Below are positions 40,790 through 54,294 of a DNA stretch of 64,000 nt, in pieces. Each line of letters begins with the position of its first letter. Position 1 is the stretch's first letter. The position numbers and the translations under genes were made by a program. Source of the DNA: Yuukianura sp. NJ FZ-2021 (lineage: Eukaryota); NCBI GenBank assembly GCA_046563655.1, contig CM102285.1, forward strand, positions 8,804,001 to 8,868,000, given 5' to 3'. The notes beneath the pieces are model-generated. The model saw only the letters and a list, made by a program, of their open reading frames with translations. It was not told where the DNA came from and made no database searches.

Positions 40790-43700
40790 AAAGGATTAGA
40801 ATACACTAGTGATTTAAAGGTGCGAGTCATCAAAATTAATGTCGAACCAACAGTAACATTTTACCTGACAGAAACGAACCATAAACCTTACACTATTCTT
40901 AAAGAAAATGCTGAAACAAATTCTGAATCGGGTTACAGAGTCTAGAAAAAAAGGTTAGGTTATTTTAAAGTATGAAAAGTAAGCTATTCTCCCATAAAGA
41001 CGCAAATAAGTAATAATAAATATTAATTGTTGTTGCATGAATATGTATTTAATTGTTTAACACAAAATGCAATTTGGAGGATGGAAATAAAAGCGGCAGT
41101 AGATTTAAGCTGTTTTTTCTTTTGTAGATTCAGCAAAAACAAACCATGGGACACTATTAAGAAAAAGGAACAACGATTCCAGAATTAAAATGAAACCTAT
41201 ACTTTTATATAAAAACAACTTTTTCTTTTGTTTGCCTAATAAAATGAAAAGCCTAACAATAAATTGGCCAACAATAATTGCAATGTAAGGAATTCGAATA
41301 TAAAGCTCGGAAAAAAATGAACGTATAGAGTTTTCCATTTCAATTAGAGAAAATTGTAAATTCTGCCCTAAAGATAAGGGTCGTACGGCTTTGAAAATTG
41401 GAAAGACTTTCATTTACTCTCTGAAAGCATAGCATGTTAGACTGGTACAAGTATTTGTAAACCCTAAAAATTCGGAACGTCCGAGATCGCTATTGAAAAT
41501 TAAGCCTTCTTTGTAATTGGAGCTTTGTTTCATCATATGTTGTGAAAGCCTCTTAAAACAGAAAAACGAAAAAGAAAAGGAGAGTGAGTTGTGTTCATTA
41601 AATTTTTCCAAGTTTGTTCGAACTTTCGTTTTTTCATTCCTAAAAAGCATTCCTTTGTTTCCTCCATTGTTTGTATCGTCTGACAACGAATGCTTGGAGG
41701 AAAAGATTTGAGTGCCTTTGTAAGTAGACCAATGACGAAATCCGAGACGCTCGTCTTTTGTTCCTGTCCCATTTGGAACTGAACTATTGATGCTCTCGTT
41801 TCCCCTTCATAAGTTTTTATGCTTTCACCACTTTCACTAACCACCAAAAGAACAAGCCCTAAACCACTTCTACATCACTATGAGTAGCTTCCACGCATTT
41901 GTTTGAAGGCAATCATGCAAAAGCGTCGAATAGACTCCGAGGAATTCACATCATGACTTCTCATATTATAACTTTCACCACAATTCTGTGTTCGATATTC
42001 TACCCTAATGTTGTTTTCATCTCTCCGTTTCAGTTTGAAATTTTGTTGGAATTAGTTTTACACCATTTCAAAAAACGAGTCTCCAAGCAAATCGAATATC
42101 TTTTGCGGTAATCGTTCTTTCTTTTCAAAATACCCCACCTTTGACCTATCCTTCAAACTACAAAGTACAAATGTACAAAGAGTAATGATTGTTTGCTACA
42201 AAAAGAAACGAAGACATCAAAGTCAAAACGTATTTCACGAGGTGATACCCCGCTGAAAAGCAATCAACGCCAAAGGTAAGTTCAAAAAGTAATTTGGACC
42301 TGTCAGTTTGGTTGAAAAATTTCCAAACGTTTTTCTCGTTAGTAACTGATTGATTTTCATCAAAATTGAAATTCTGATCAAGGACTCACGTCTTAAAAAA
42401 TAATTTACAAACACCAGGGCGTCAGCTTGAAATGCAGAAAATTCATTACATTTTAATTTTGATCCTGAAGGTTAAACATGTTATTCTTCATTTTTGTGTA
42501 AAACTGACATGTACAGTTCATCCTTGTTATCGTTTTGCAGAACAACGTATTGAAAAGTTCGATCAAGAAAACTTTTCACATTCCTGAATGCGTCCGACTA
42601 AGTTCGACCAAACATTCATACATACCGGGCGACTTAAAGTTCCAATTTCAGTCCAGATTGAAGTTCCACCATAAGTACCAAAATTGTTGAAGGAACTCTA
42701 TAAAGGTAAAGTGAAATGTGTGTAGTTCAGGTCGATTTGATTTTAGTACTAGTCACATCTGCTTCAAAATGGTTCCATAAGCATCAAATTCAGTCGTTTG
42801 AATTAATAAGAACATGACTGAAGAACATGCTTTAGCGTTCGGTCCGTGAAACGAGAAAAATAACAAAACCTTACAGCGGGCCTAAACTTTCTCCCACAAG
42901 ATCAATGCAAATTTAGCTGCATATGGAACGGGGATGAAAATTTTGAAATTCTTCAAATTGGAATGGAGAAATCTTGAAACTCCTACAGCCGCAGAATTCT
43001 AATCAAAATTTAACCTGAATTCGGTTCATGTCTTACGACTTTCCCAAGGTTTCCCCGAAAAGCCATAAGAAGAAAACATTACCAGCTTGAGACTCGAAGT
43101 CACTTCTTATGCTGTAAGTCTAAGGGTTTAAGGAACTTTTGAATACTTTTCGACTATTAATTAAGTCATAAATAAGAGCAATAAGAAGGAACTCCTGGAG
43201 TGAAAGTCAAGGGTGCAGTAAACAACGCCAGCTAAGATTCAAATTTTGGTTCTAGTGTCTCTGGGGAAAGCGAGAAGAAAGCCGGTGAAAGTAAACTTCT
43301 TCCTAATGGACTCAATTTGCAAGGAAAGTGGAAAACCTAGAATAGGAGACAGCGGAGTAACAGCAGGCGAGACCAACAGCTTTTCAATACTTACTTCCCC
43401 AATCCGATTTTCCAATTCCCATAAATTGGAATACCTCAATTCGCACACTCTCCTTTGAAAAAGCATTTTTCGTTACCCGGGAACTGACTTAACTTCCAAA
43501 CTCTTCAACTCCCGGGAGCATTCCTCGACGTCTTTTTTTACTTTCAGCGCCAAACCCCGCTTTTTCAGGGCTTTCGCTTCAAAGAAACGCTGAAAAAAAC
43601 AGTTTGAATTGTGTTTGTAGCTTAGCAAAGCAGGTTCTCCCATGATGTTTACATCTCTCATAAAGAAGAGAAATGGGTCCATTCCTGGCACTTCTCCACT

Positions 43701-46700
43701 TTCTCCTTACCGTAAAAGGAATGTTAAAAGTCCATTTCACTTGGAAGATGATCTCTCCATTGTCTCTTTATCCCCTCCCGGACGGAGGTGGGAAATGACA
43801 GAGGAGGAGTCACAAACTTCTGGCTTTCCATAAGTTAAGTTAGATTAGGTTCTGGAAGTCTGGGTTTCTTGGGTGAACGATTAAGATGGAAACTTAAGCG
43901 GAGGGCTTCAAATAATTCTTTTCGTGCAGAACATAAATTGGAAAGCGAAGACACAAGGTAAGGAGAGAAGGGAGTTGCCAAAATCATCTTGGGACAAAGC
44001 CCGACTATTTCCCCTGTCTTCCTGCCCTAAGATCCTGTTACCAAGATTGTTTTGGATGGCCAAGGACCAACTAACACCTAAAATATGGGAGTCGACAAGA
44101 CAGTTCATAGATCAAAAACCCATTTGCTTATGATTCCTGACCCCGATTAGGAAATGACCCATTGTTCTTTTGTGAAGGAAAGCCAGAACTTTCACTGCTG
44201 CCGGAAGGTCCAACTTGGCACCTTCCTGCTGGAACTTGGATCTTGGCGGCTCCGATCCAAGTCGATTGGCTTTGACAGGATGGGATTTGTCTTTTGCCAA
44301 GGCGTCGATGCTCACTCAGCCAATTCAATTCTAAGGAACTTTGAAGAACTTTCGAGCCCACACAGACATGTTTGTACATTTACACTCATTTCAAGGACGA
44401 CAAAATTGAAACTATACAAAGAAAATACGTCGGCGGCGGAAGGCCTTCTTTCCGGCAGGCGTCACTTGAGAGCTGACTTTCTTCAGAAGGAAAGTGAAAG
44501 TGGCCGCCGGAATGGGCACGATAGCGTCAAAACACCTTCAAGCCAAATCCGGGTTTCATGTTTTTATTCTGTTTCTATATTTCTCAGAGTCATATAGCAT
44601 TCCGGAACTCTTCTTACTCGTGGTGCGTAGTGATAGATTTCTCTCTTGTGGTAAAAATGAAAGTGACAAATGGGATACAGTGCCGGGATTTGATTTTGTT
44701 CGTGGGTTCTTGCATTTCGGAGTACCGGAGGTCCTTAGTGCCTAGTGAACATGGCTATAGACTTGAGTACTACACGCTTCCTTATAACTTCCACGGCACA
44801 CGCGATAGGCTCATAAACCAATAACAACATCAACCAAAAGCTGTCCAAATGAAATTGAATCCTGAAAAAGAAAGTTTTGATTTGTTGCGGTTTTTATTTA
44901 TTTTCACCTCAAAGTACACTGCGTATTGCAAAAAAGGTTTACACTGGATGAAAACCGGCCTTCCCAAACAACTTTTTCGGGAATCGCTGACAAGAGTATC
45001 GTTCCTGACCTCTGGATATTTATTCAAAACAGTTTCCATGTTCAACTGCCAATGAAAACGATAGTGTGCCAAGTCTAAGTTTCTAAAGTGCAAATGAGGT
45101 TCTGCGTGTAGATGGTTTCTGATCGTGATAGTCGAAGCTTAACATTTGGTTTGAAGACAGGAAGCACAAGGGCTCATACTGTAGTCTCGATTCAAATTGG
45201 ACTCGGTCCATTGAATTCAGTTCCGAACTAAAAATGCAGCAGGTTACGTTAGCTTTTCACGTTAGGTTTGCAAAAGGGGATCAAAGCCAATTTAGAGGAA
45301 ACCAGTAGAAGGGCTTAGAAATAGGAAGCATCAAAGAAACCATTCAGGAATTCTGAAAAGGAAAGTGTCCGCTTTCTCCTTTGTTGCTCAAGATAGAAAC
45401 TGGGACATGGAGGAACCATTTGATAAATGACATTTTCAGCACTCCTTAGGACATTCACACGCTCATTTTCAGTAAGTACTTGCAGCATCCTACTTCAATC
45501 CAACCTTCAATCACTTCTCGTGTCTTTTCAAAAAATTAATTTAGAGATGACATTTTCATTTCAACTTAACAAAGATTTTACCCCGCAAGCGTCTTACTGA
45601 TCTCTAGTAACAAACAGGTAACAAACAGAAAAGCTGCTTTTTTGGTATTACCAAAATAGAATTTACAAAGGAAGATGAAAGTTTCGAGTTTTAATCTGGA
45701 ATACGATCATAGGTTGAAAGATTTTACTATTACAAAACTAAATCCCAACTTCTTAAGTCCCGGATTCCATGATGCAATTTTAATGATATTCAGAAACAAG
45801 GTATTTGTGCAATGCAGCAAACCACATGAATAATTTATAAAAGCCAACACTACTGTTGCAACAGAAGGAAGTTGAAAGTTTTCGTCGGATATTGGTCGTT
45901 GAGGCTTTCTCCGGATACTGTTTTAACTAAAACTTGTGTATTTGCATTCATTTGTTTATTCAGCACTTGAAATTTAACCAAGTTCAACTTTAAGCGGATT
46001 GAAACATCATGTTATAATCCTTCGGACCGGAGGGAACAAGTACTGGGAGTTTCCTGGGATCTTTCCAATGTAAGTGAAAGCATCAGCAGTGTCCTGGTGC
46101 TGGCACTTCGGCCTAAAATAACAAAACTTTAATTTCACAAATTATTGAAAGAGAAAGCACCAGTCCAATTAATTATAGGAAAGTCATTTATCCAAATGTT
46201 GACCTTTCAAACACAAATCCTTTTACGTTTCCAAATCCAACAATTTCTATTGGCCGACACGATCTGAAAGCTGGAAGAAGCGTCATGTCATAAAATCGAA
46301 TGTAGACGTAGTAAAGGTTAAACTGGAAAAGCCAACCCGCCCTTTGACTTTCAAAGAAACTGAGAAAATTCATTTGAAAAGCCGCTTATCTGAACACTCT
46401 CTGCCTTCAAAATCTGAAATTTGTCACTTCCGTAAATGGAGAAAGTAAGGTTAGTCCAATGGGATTCTTCATATAAAGTACTCCCACTCCGTCCCTTGTC
46501 AATTTCCAGAATTCGATTTGTATTCAGTTCATGCGGAGTTTCGTTGGCCACTCCACTGCTTGAGGACGTACTGGCAGCAGTTTGAACTTTCACTATTTTT
46601 TTCTAGGAAGAAATAGGAAAAACGAGAAAGTGGGATTGAGCCTCGTAAGTGACACGTAACAGAAAGCGAAAAGCAGAAAACTAATTTCGTGGAGAGATGA

Positions 46701-49700
46701 GCATTACACCAGAAGGGAATGGTGACATTGCCAACTTGGTCAGAATTAGCGTCCCCTGGCGGTTAACTTCCCTTGGCGTTTGCATAGTACAATTTGCACG
46801 GGATCGACATCCTGGGCTTTACTTTACTCTACATCCGCGCTTCGGCTCCTTCAATTCCCGGGATTTGGGAAAGTTTGTGAAAAAAAACTGGCTTTTCTTT
46901 CCCCGTTTGTTCTTCCTGCGGATATTGGAAATTGGATGGAATTGGTGAAAGTTTGACTGGAAAAGTTATCAAATCAGAAAACGTATTTGCAATCCATCAG
47001 AAACTGAAGGCGAAAATTCTATCGCCTCGAAATCATTTTCTCTTCGCTGTTAAACAGTTTGAATGTGTTGGAAAATTAGGTTCTGTTAAGCACAAACAGT
47101 TTTTATTGCGGTGAACTTGCAAAGTTTAGTACAAATAAAAATACTATGAAACCCATAACAGTTCCGTTTTGGTCATGCGAGCATCATTATTCCCCATGTA
47201 TTAGATCGACAACGATTGACGTCAAGATTTCCTGCGTTTCTCCACTTTCCAATTTTCAACAAAACTTTATAAAGAAGATGGGAATTTGAAAAAGTGGAGC
47301 GGAAAGTGGATGCTTGGTTACAGTCCGATTAGAATGAGAAAAGTTTCATGGTTGAGTCTCTTCTTTCTTCTTTTGACCAGAGATCTCTTTTTACTTTTCA
47401 TAACAAATCCCCTTGTCCCTCCCAATATCCACTCAGGTGAAAGTATTATTTACAAGAGCGAACAAGTTCTAAATCACTAAAACCTTCCTAATGGCTGCTC
47501 TTTTTCTGGAAGCGGAAGGCATTCTCTTTCTGACTCTGGACAGAATTTCTAAGGAGAATGAATTCAGAGTACTAACTTGGAAAGAAAGTAAAAGCAAATT
47601 CTTCCTCCGCCATGACACACTCTAGGCCTTTGAAGATTCCAAGTCCCAAGAAATCCGTAGGCGTTGAACGCACGCGTATCTTCTGTTACATAATATGAAT
47701 TCCCCAGTGCTTCCAACTGCTCAACGTTCCTTGGATTGACTTTCGAACACTCCTTTTCAAAAAAAAAAAAACTAGAAATTGAAAAACAAACGTCCAAATT
47801 CTGAACAGAAATTCTATACCAAGCCTAATTACTTTCGCTTCACACTAGACCTTGCCGTTTGAATGCAAGAATCAGTGTTTATTTCGCGCTTTTTGGTTTC
47901 GCTGAATCAAACAAGGTCTAAAAAAGTTTCGTGACTTCCGGTTGCTGAGGTTCACAATAAAGACAATTTGCAGGATTGAACAGCAGAGGGGCTCTTCTGT
48001 TTTGGGAAGTTTTGTAAATTCCGGAAGCATAGAAATATGCCTTGCGTTCTGGTGAAGGCATGATAGCAGTAACTAAAAGTAATGCCTTCCAGGCCACCCC
48101 AAGATCTCCCTCAAGGGAACACTATTTCACATATTTCGGTACGGAAATCTGATGTTCCCGGATCCCGAGGCCAGTGTTGTGGCCAACCCAAGATAGGTAC
48201 ACTTCAAGTTATACTTTAGATCTTGTTTCTTCCATGTTGTATTACTTGTTCCTACGCCTTGGGCAAACTTGGTGGCCATTGGTTTCAAAACCCCAGTCAT
48301 CTATCATTCTGCATGACAAGGAAGAGCAGACTTGGCGAAAAGGGCCGAGAGCCTTGCTTCTAAACTTTGAACTGTGAACAACTTTTCAAGTTCCAGCTAC
48401 AGAAACATATTGTGTAGAAATGCTCCAAAAAGTTTGTTCAAAAAGTCCACTTTCTCCGGTTGCTTTTCTTTCACTTTCTCCAGTTGCCTTTCTTTGTAGT
48501 TCTGTACTACCTATGTACTTGGTTGAGAACTTGGGCAGTTAGTTGGTGTCGTGTAATGCAAGTAGTAATGGTTCTGAAAGTCTTTAAAAAGAAAACGAAA
48601 TAAATTAGGAAACTCCTACCTACATACTTGTCCAATAAGTTAGTGTAGAGTGTAAATACTTTTGAAGGAACACAAACCTTCAGCTATTTCTTTTTCTTGC
48701 GAAAAAAAAGTGGAGAAAGTGAAAGTTTTAGGCCTGGCAAGTAACGCTGCTTTTGAACAAATCAGTCCCCAACAGCATCAGCAAAATCCAGAAAAGTTGC
48801 AAATCCGGATCAAGATCTGGAAAGAAGACAAAATGAATAATAGAAAGCAGTACAAAAAATTTTTTTAAGAAAGCTTTTCTTACGTGGAACTTACCTTTCT
48901 TACTTTCTTTTTGGGGAAATTGTGTTTTCACTTCCTGTGGATCAGGATTTTTTAGTCCTAATTGCAGCGTTAGTAAAAGTAGCTATAAAAGTAAAGTTAA
49001 AGTTAAGTTTTATAAAAATCTACAGAAAGTATTAAATTCTTACTGGAAAAGTCTTTGTTTCTATTTTTAACTCATTAACATTTAAACCACTTTCTTCCTC
49101 TTCTCTCCATTAGGTTCAAAAACACTTTTATTTCACAACTTGAGCAAATAGTTTATTACTTTAAAATTCTTTATGCAAATCTTATTAAGTTCCAAAACAG
49201 TAAGGTTACAAGAGAAATTAATATGTACGAAGTTTTGTTATAAAGAAACCAAAAATTGTAGTAGAAAACATTAGTAAAACTACATTTATAAAAGTTACAT
49301 CTCTTGGCAGTGTGAGGAAAGGCATCTCTCCGAATAAATTAGTTATAAAAAGTTACATAAAAACAACCAAAACAATCACCGGTTTAAAATAGAAGGCGCA
49401 TATTATAATCCTTCATGTTGCTAAAAATACCATAAGCTTTCACTTATAGAATACTTAAAAATAATAATATCGTTTAGATTAAGTTTCGTTTTGAGTACGT
49501 CTGGTTACATCGAGATGGTAATCTCACCGGAAGATAGTTGCAAATAAAGTTTTCTAAAATACTGTTGGATTGATACACTTGGCAGTGTAAAATACACAGA
49601 GATACAAGGTTATACACCATGATGGTGATGGAAGGAAGGGGATAATCCACAAAAATAATCTTCAGGGTTGACATTACTCTGTGAACGATTCCATAAGTTG

Positions 49701-49770
49701 AAATGTTGAAGTTGTGGAAGACAAAATATTTGTTAGCAGCATCAGCATCGCCGAAGATACTTGAGAGCAT

Positions 49771-52700
49771 TCAAGGGTTTTGGCTAGTATTTATCAAGGG
49801 TAGTGTATCTGGTAGGCTCTGGTTCTTAGAAGACGATGCTGAAATCCCACTCCCACCGCTCAACCCCTTCTTCCTGGACATCTTTGGAGCGTAGGAATGT
49901 ACACGGACGTAGTGTTTTTGTAAGTATTCGGACGTTCTGAAGGAACTATTGCAATGGCAACACTTGAAATTCTTCTCACGGGAAAAGTGCATCGTGTAAA
50001 CGTGTTTTCTCCAGTTGCCAACATTAGAGAGGACTCTTGTACAGTAGGGACACTGCTGTGGTCCATGATATGGAACTCCAGGCGGCCATAAGGCTCTTGA
50101 GAAACGATTCCTCAGAGGTACATTATTGGTTGGATTAGTGTTTAAGGAGGCAGTGAGATCCTTTGATTTATTGGAATTTGTAGCAGGAAATGGGAAGCTG
50201 TTGTGCTGGGACGGGCCGGCAGCGGCTATTACATTTTCTCCAAGTGAATTCGTTTTGTTTTCTCCGAGATCTAGAGAAAAACAGAGGAAAAATGGATGAG
50301 ATCACAAGAGGCTCTTCAGCGTGGTTACGGTAGGGAACGGACTGGTAGATTTTAAAAATGATTAGGATCTGGAACAGCGACAAAATGGGCAACAACTGGA
50401 AGGTAAGAAATCAAATAAAATTAGAGAGGTAAGCTTGACGGTTAACTGATCATGATTAATAATATTTTCCAAATAATGGAGGTGTATTTACGAATCACTA
50501 GTGAATCCTAGGTTCCTCTCTATTTTGTGTAGTAAGATCCCTTGAAAATTACCTTGACATCGGTAAGAAGCAATATCAGAGGCGAGTGGTAGCATGAAGT
50601 CTTCTTTGATTTCGCCATCATCTTCATCGTCATCGTCGGATATTCCTTCTTCCGACTGACTTCCTCCTAAAGAAATGCTTCCTAATCCCATGCTCCAGGG
50701 TTCCGTCATTACTGTAGATAGGCCTTCTTCAGTTCCTCCTCCAATGTAGTTTATGTTTGAACAAGCATTATCTGGAACATAATAGAGTAGGTATTTCTGA
50801 AAGCGGCCAAAATCGAAAAAAAAATTTACACGCTATGTCACCGATTTTTTTTAAATTCTGTATGTTGATAGGTACGGCTTAGAAAAAATTTTTCATATGG
50901 TCAGATCCACCCAAAGGTCACCCCCTGATGGGGGGCAGGGGCTCAAAAGTACCAAAATGAGGTACCGTAGGTATCGCGCCATTCCTACAAATATCAACGG
51001 ATTCACTTGGTTTCTTTTTTAAATGAAAGCTAAAGGATGCCCCCAGAGGTTGTTTTTTTCTCGTCGAGGTGGATGACCCCAGGGCCCCCCTGTGACCCCT
51101 TGAACTTGACCTATCCTGTAATGGGGCATGTAATAGCTCTATCGAAAGCTATTTTCATGCTGATTCAGAATATGTATATATATCCAGACGTATTTTGAAC
51201 GGTTTGACCTCTAGAGGTCACAGAATAACCCCTTTCGGCCATATAAGGCCTATACAACAACATCTGTTTTTCTTCTTAAAAATTCTACTCCGTGACCTCT
51301 AGAGGTCAAACCGTTCAAAATACGTCTGGATATATATACATATTCTGAATCAGCATGTAAATAGCTTTCGATAGAGCTATTACATGCCCCATTACAGGCT
51401 AGGTCAAGTTCAAGGGGTCACAGGGGGGCCCTGGGGTCATCCACCTCGAAGAGAAAAAATCAACCTCTGGGGGCATCCTTTAGCTTTCATTTAAAAAAGA
51501 AACCAAGTGAATCCGTTGATATTTGTAGGAATGGCGCGATACCTACGGTACCTCATTTTGGTACTTTTGAGCCCCTGCCCCCCATCAGGGGGTGACCTTT
51601 GGGTGGATCTGACCATATGAAAAAATTTTTCTAGGCCGTACCTATCAACATACAGAATTTAAAAAAAATCGGTGTCATAGCGTGTTTTCGAGTTTGGCCG
51701 CTTTCAGAAAGAGTTACTCAATAGGAATAATTTTCAGTAAAACTTTCCTTATAACTGCATCGCTGAGGACCAGAATTGCACGTAAAACGGCCAAGGCACT
51801 ATAAATACTAAGGTGTTACCTGTAATTGGCAGCAAATGCTGCTGCTGTTCATGACTCTGATTCATTTTTTCATCATAATGACATCCTGGTACTACCTAAA
51901 GTATACAGGAACACTTGAGAACTTAGAAGCCAATGTATTGTGAGTGAAAAGCATTTGAGCAGCTTACATAATCATCTTGAGAGTCGTTTGAATCACTGGA
52001 CGATGCGTCAATTTTATTTTCTTTGGAAGACTCGTTTTCAACACTCCCTTCATTACTTCTTGGGTTTGGCAGTTCTGGTAATACTATTCGCGGACTCAAA
52101 CGTTGTGGAATGAATTCTGTCGCCAAAACATCATCCGCTTCTATGCCCATCGACAACTGTTGTAGTTGATGATGGGATGATTGTGATTGAACAGTTCCAG
52201 ACGTCACCGGAATTTGGATTTCGGGTGTATTTGCCAAGGGGAGTGGAACATATGGCTGTTCCAAAAAATCCTTCAAGAGAGCAAGATTAGAAGTCAAGTT
52301 GAGTGAAATTGCTGTGCCCAATGATTCAACTAAAAGCAAAGAAATGACTTACAGGTTTCGGTGGTGGAAGTTGTGTTGCAGAGTTATTGTTACTTGTGGT
52401 GTCCGCCAGTCCACGGACTTGTAAGGCCTCAGCGGTTCTGAGTAAGGCTGGAAGATCAGCTTGCGAAACGTTCACCTCCCCGGCGTACATAAATTCCAAC
52501 AGCGCTAGCAGCTGGCAGAAGCGCACGTCTCTCAAGAATACAACTGGATGCTGGCAGGGAGTACTCTGTTAAAAAAAAGTAAACAGTACTTAGTACTTCA
52601 AAAGTTAAGGACTCTTTGCTTATAATCAATCGTTTTACCTTGAATAGTTGCATAAAATATGGGCTACACGCTGACAAAACCAACTTGTGAGCGCGGAGTT

Positions 52701-52929
52701 GTTGTCCTTCGCAAGCCAAAGTAACATCAACGAATTCTTCTGCAGCTTTCAATGACGCTAATTGGGTAGCGATTGTAGCAGGGTAACTGTTCCATCGTAA
52801 ACAATACTGTTGTGCTACTTCAGAAGGTTGTTGTATTGGTGTGGTACTCATACTGGTAATTCCTGTTCCTTCCGTAATGTCACTTCGTAACCCCTGCAGA
52901 TTTATCGGACTTGCAGCCATCGCCATCAT
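49771..52929 (-). CDS. Tramtrack-group BTB plus tandem C2H2 zinc-finger transcription factor (broad/abrupt/lola-like family), about 6 coding exons
   Basis: BTB: QQYCLRWNSY...FVDVTLACEGQQLRAHKLVLSACSPYF...FMYAGEVNV...AEALQVRGL. The last exon (50270-49771) encodes CPYC...HVYTMH and CCHC...HYVRVH. Ortholog not assignable by eye. Confidence 0.88.
50785..51719. mobile_element. Foldback non-autonomous DNA transposon (Sola2/3-like), 935 bp, intronic in the BTB-ZF gene
   Basis: Near-perfect inverted arms 50785-51221 and 51292-51719 around a 70-nt spacer. GAG...CTC termini. 4-bp TSD AATA (50781-50784, 51720-51723). Confidence 0.88.
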
Positions 52930-54294
52930 CACAACTTGCTCACCATTGAATTGTATCCTTCCCTCGATACGAGTACTAAATTCTAGTAAAAACAAGAAAG
53001 AAGGCAATCAGACAGTCAATCATCCCTATTCCCGAAATGATTGACTGAATGAATACTGGAGTCTGATTCTGAATAAAACATCAGTTCTACTTTACTTACA
53101 ATAATTTCCTTCATAACACTGCACGGGTGACAGGCGGAGGCGACAGGTCTGCGTCCGACCGAAGTCTGTTGGAATGGAACAACTCTGTGGCTGCTTATTA
53201 TTGCACATAAATAAAAAGGTTTTGTATTAAATAGGTAGGTAATTATTAATTGGTTGGCTTCTTTTTAAAAAAAACTTATTACGTTAAAAAACAAAACAAA
53301 AACAATGGACAAATGACAAATGCAAGAGAGCTTAGAAAAAAAGCCTTTTTTTTTTATTGCGGTTGTTGTTGTGCATTTGTTACAAATGGCAAATACATGC
53401 CAGCTCAAAAATACTTTTTTACGTAAACTTATTTCTGATTTGCCACTGCAAAATGCCTTTCTGGTATTTTTCTTTAACCACAAATAAATTATTCATCAAA
53501 GAATAATAACAAAGGGACCAAATGTTCTCGGAAAATCTAACGATAGTTTATAAACCCTACATTGATGCTCGTATATGTGCTAATTGGAAGCGCAAAAGCT
53601 GAAAAATTCTGGCTAATTATTTCCGTTAATCAGAATGATTGTAAAAAAAAAATAATCAAGACGCATTATATTATCTTGTTAGGTGACACTAATGAAATAA
53701 CTTATCTTGATGCACAAACTAGTATTTAAAAAAGATAGACTAATTAATCAATGGGTTACAAAGAAGTGATTGCTACATCATTTATATTTACAAGTCTGCA
53801 ACTAAATTACGTTAAGTTATTAGATAATTACAAGTGAACTTCTTATAAATACATAAGAGTTTAACTCTTTAACTTCTCCGTTTGATAAAAGTTTTGCATT
53901 TGGCTGTTTGCAAATGTACTTCGTTTTGTAATTTGTTATTTTTGTACTTCGTGTAGATAAACTCTAATTTTGATCACGAGCGGCGAAATTCCGATATTCA
54001 AATCAATAAGTTTTATCGACTTTTGTTTACCAGTTTGACAGCTAGTCCTGCTTATTCTAGTCGTTAAGTCAGCTTGGCATTGGCTTCGCTAAGAGAGGTG
54101 ATGGCGAAGGCGATGCGTACTTCTAAGATTTTAGGTTACGTGGAAGGAAGTTGTAAGCTTACTTGACAAGGCAAAGCGAGCTGGTGACCTACTTAACAAC
54201 ATTTTATAGCATTGACAATCGGCATTTTGTAGGTGTCCCATTCCCCCGTCAGATCCGAAAAGTCGTCTTCGTCAAACGACCGTTCGTACTTTAA

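Noticed and set aside
41105..48931. ORFs between the GPCR and the BTB-ZF gene as alternative zinc-finger exons
   Set aside because: No CxxC...HxxxH patterns or other recognisable domains found on the minus strand.
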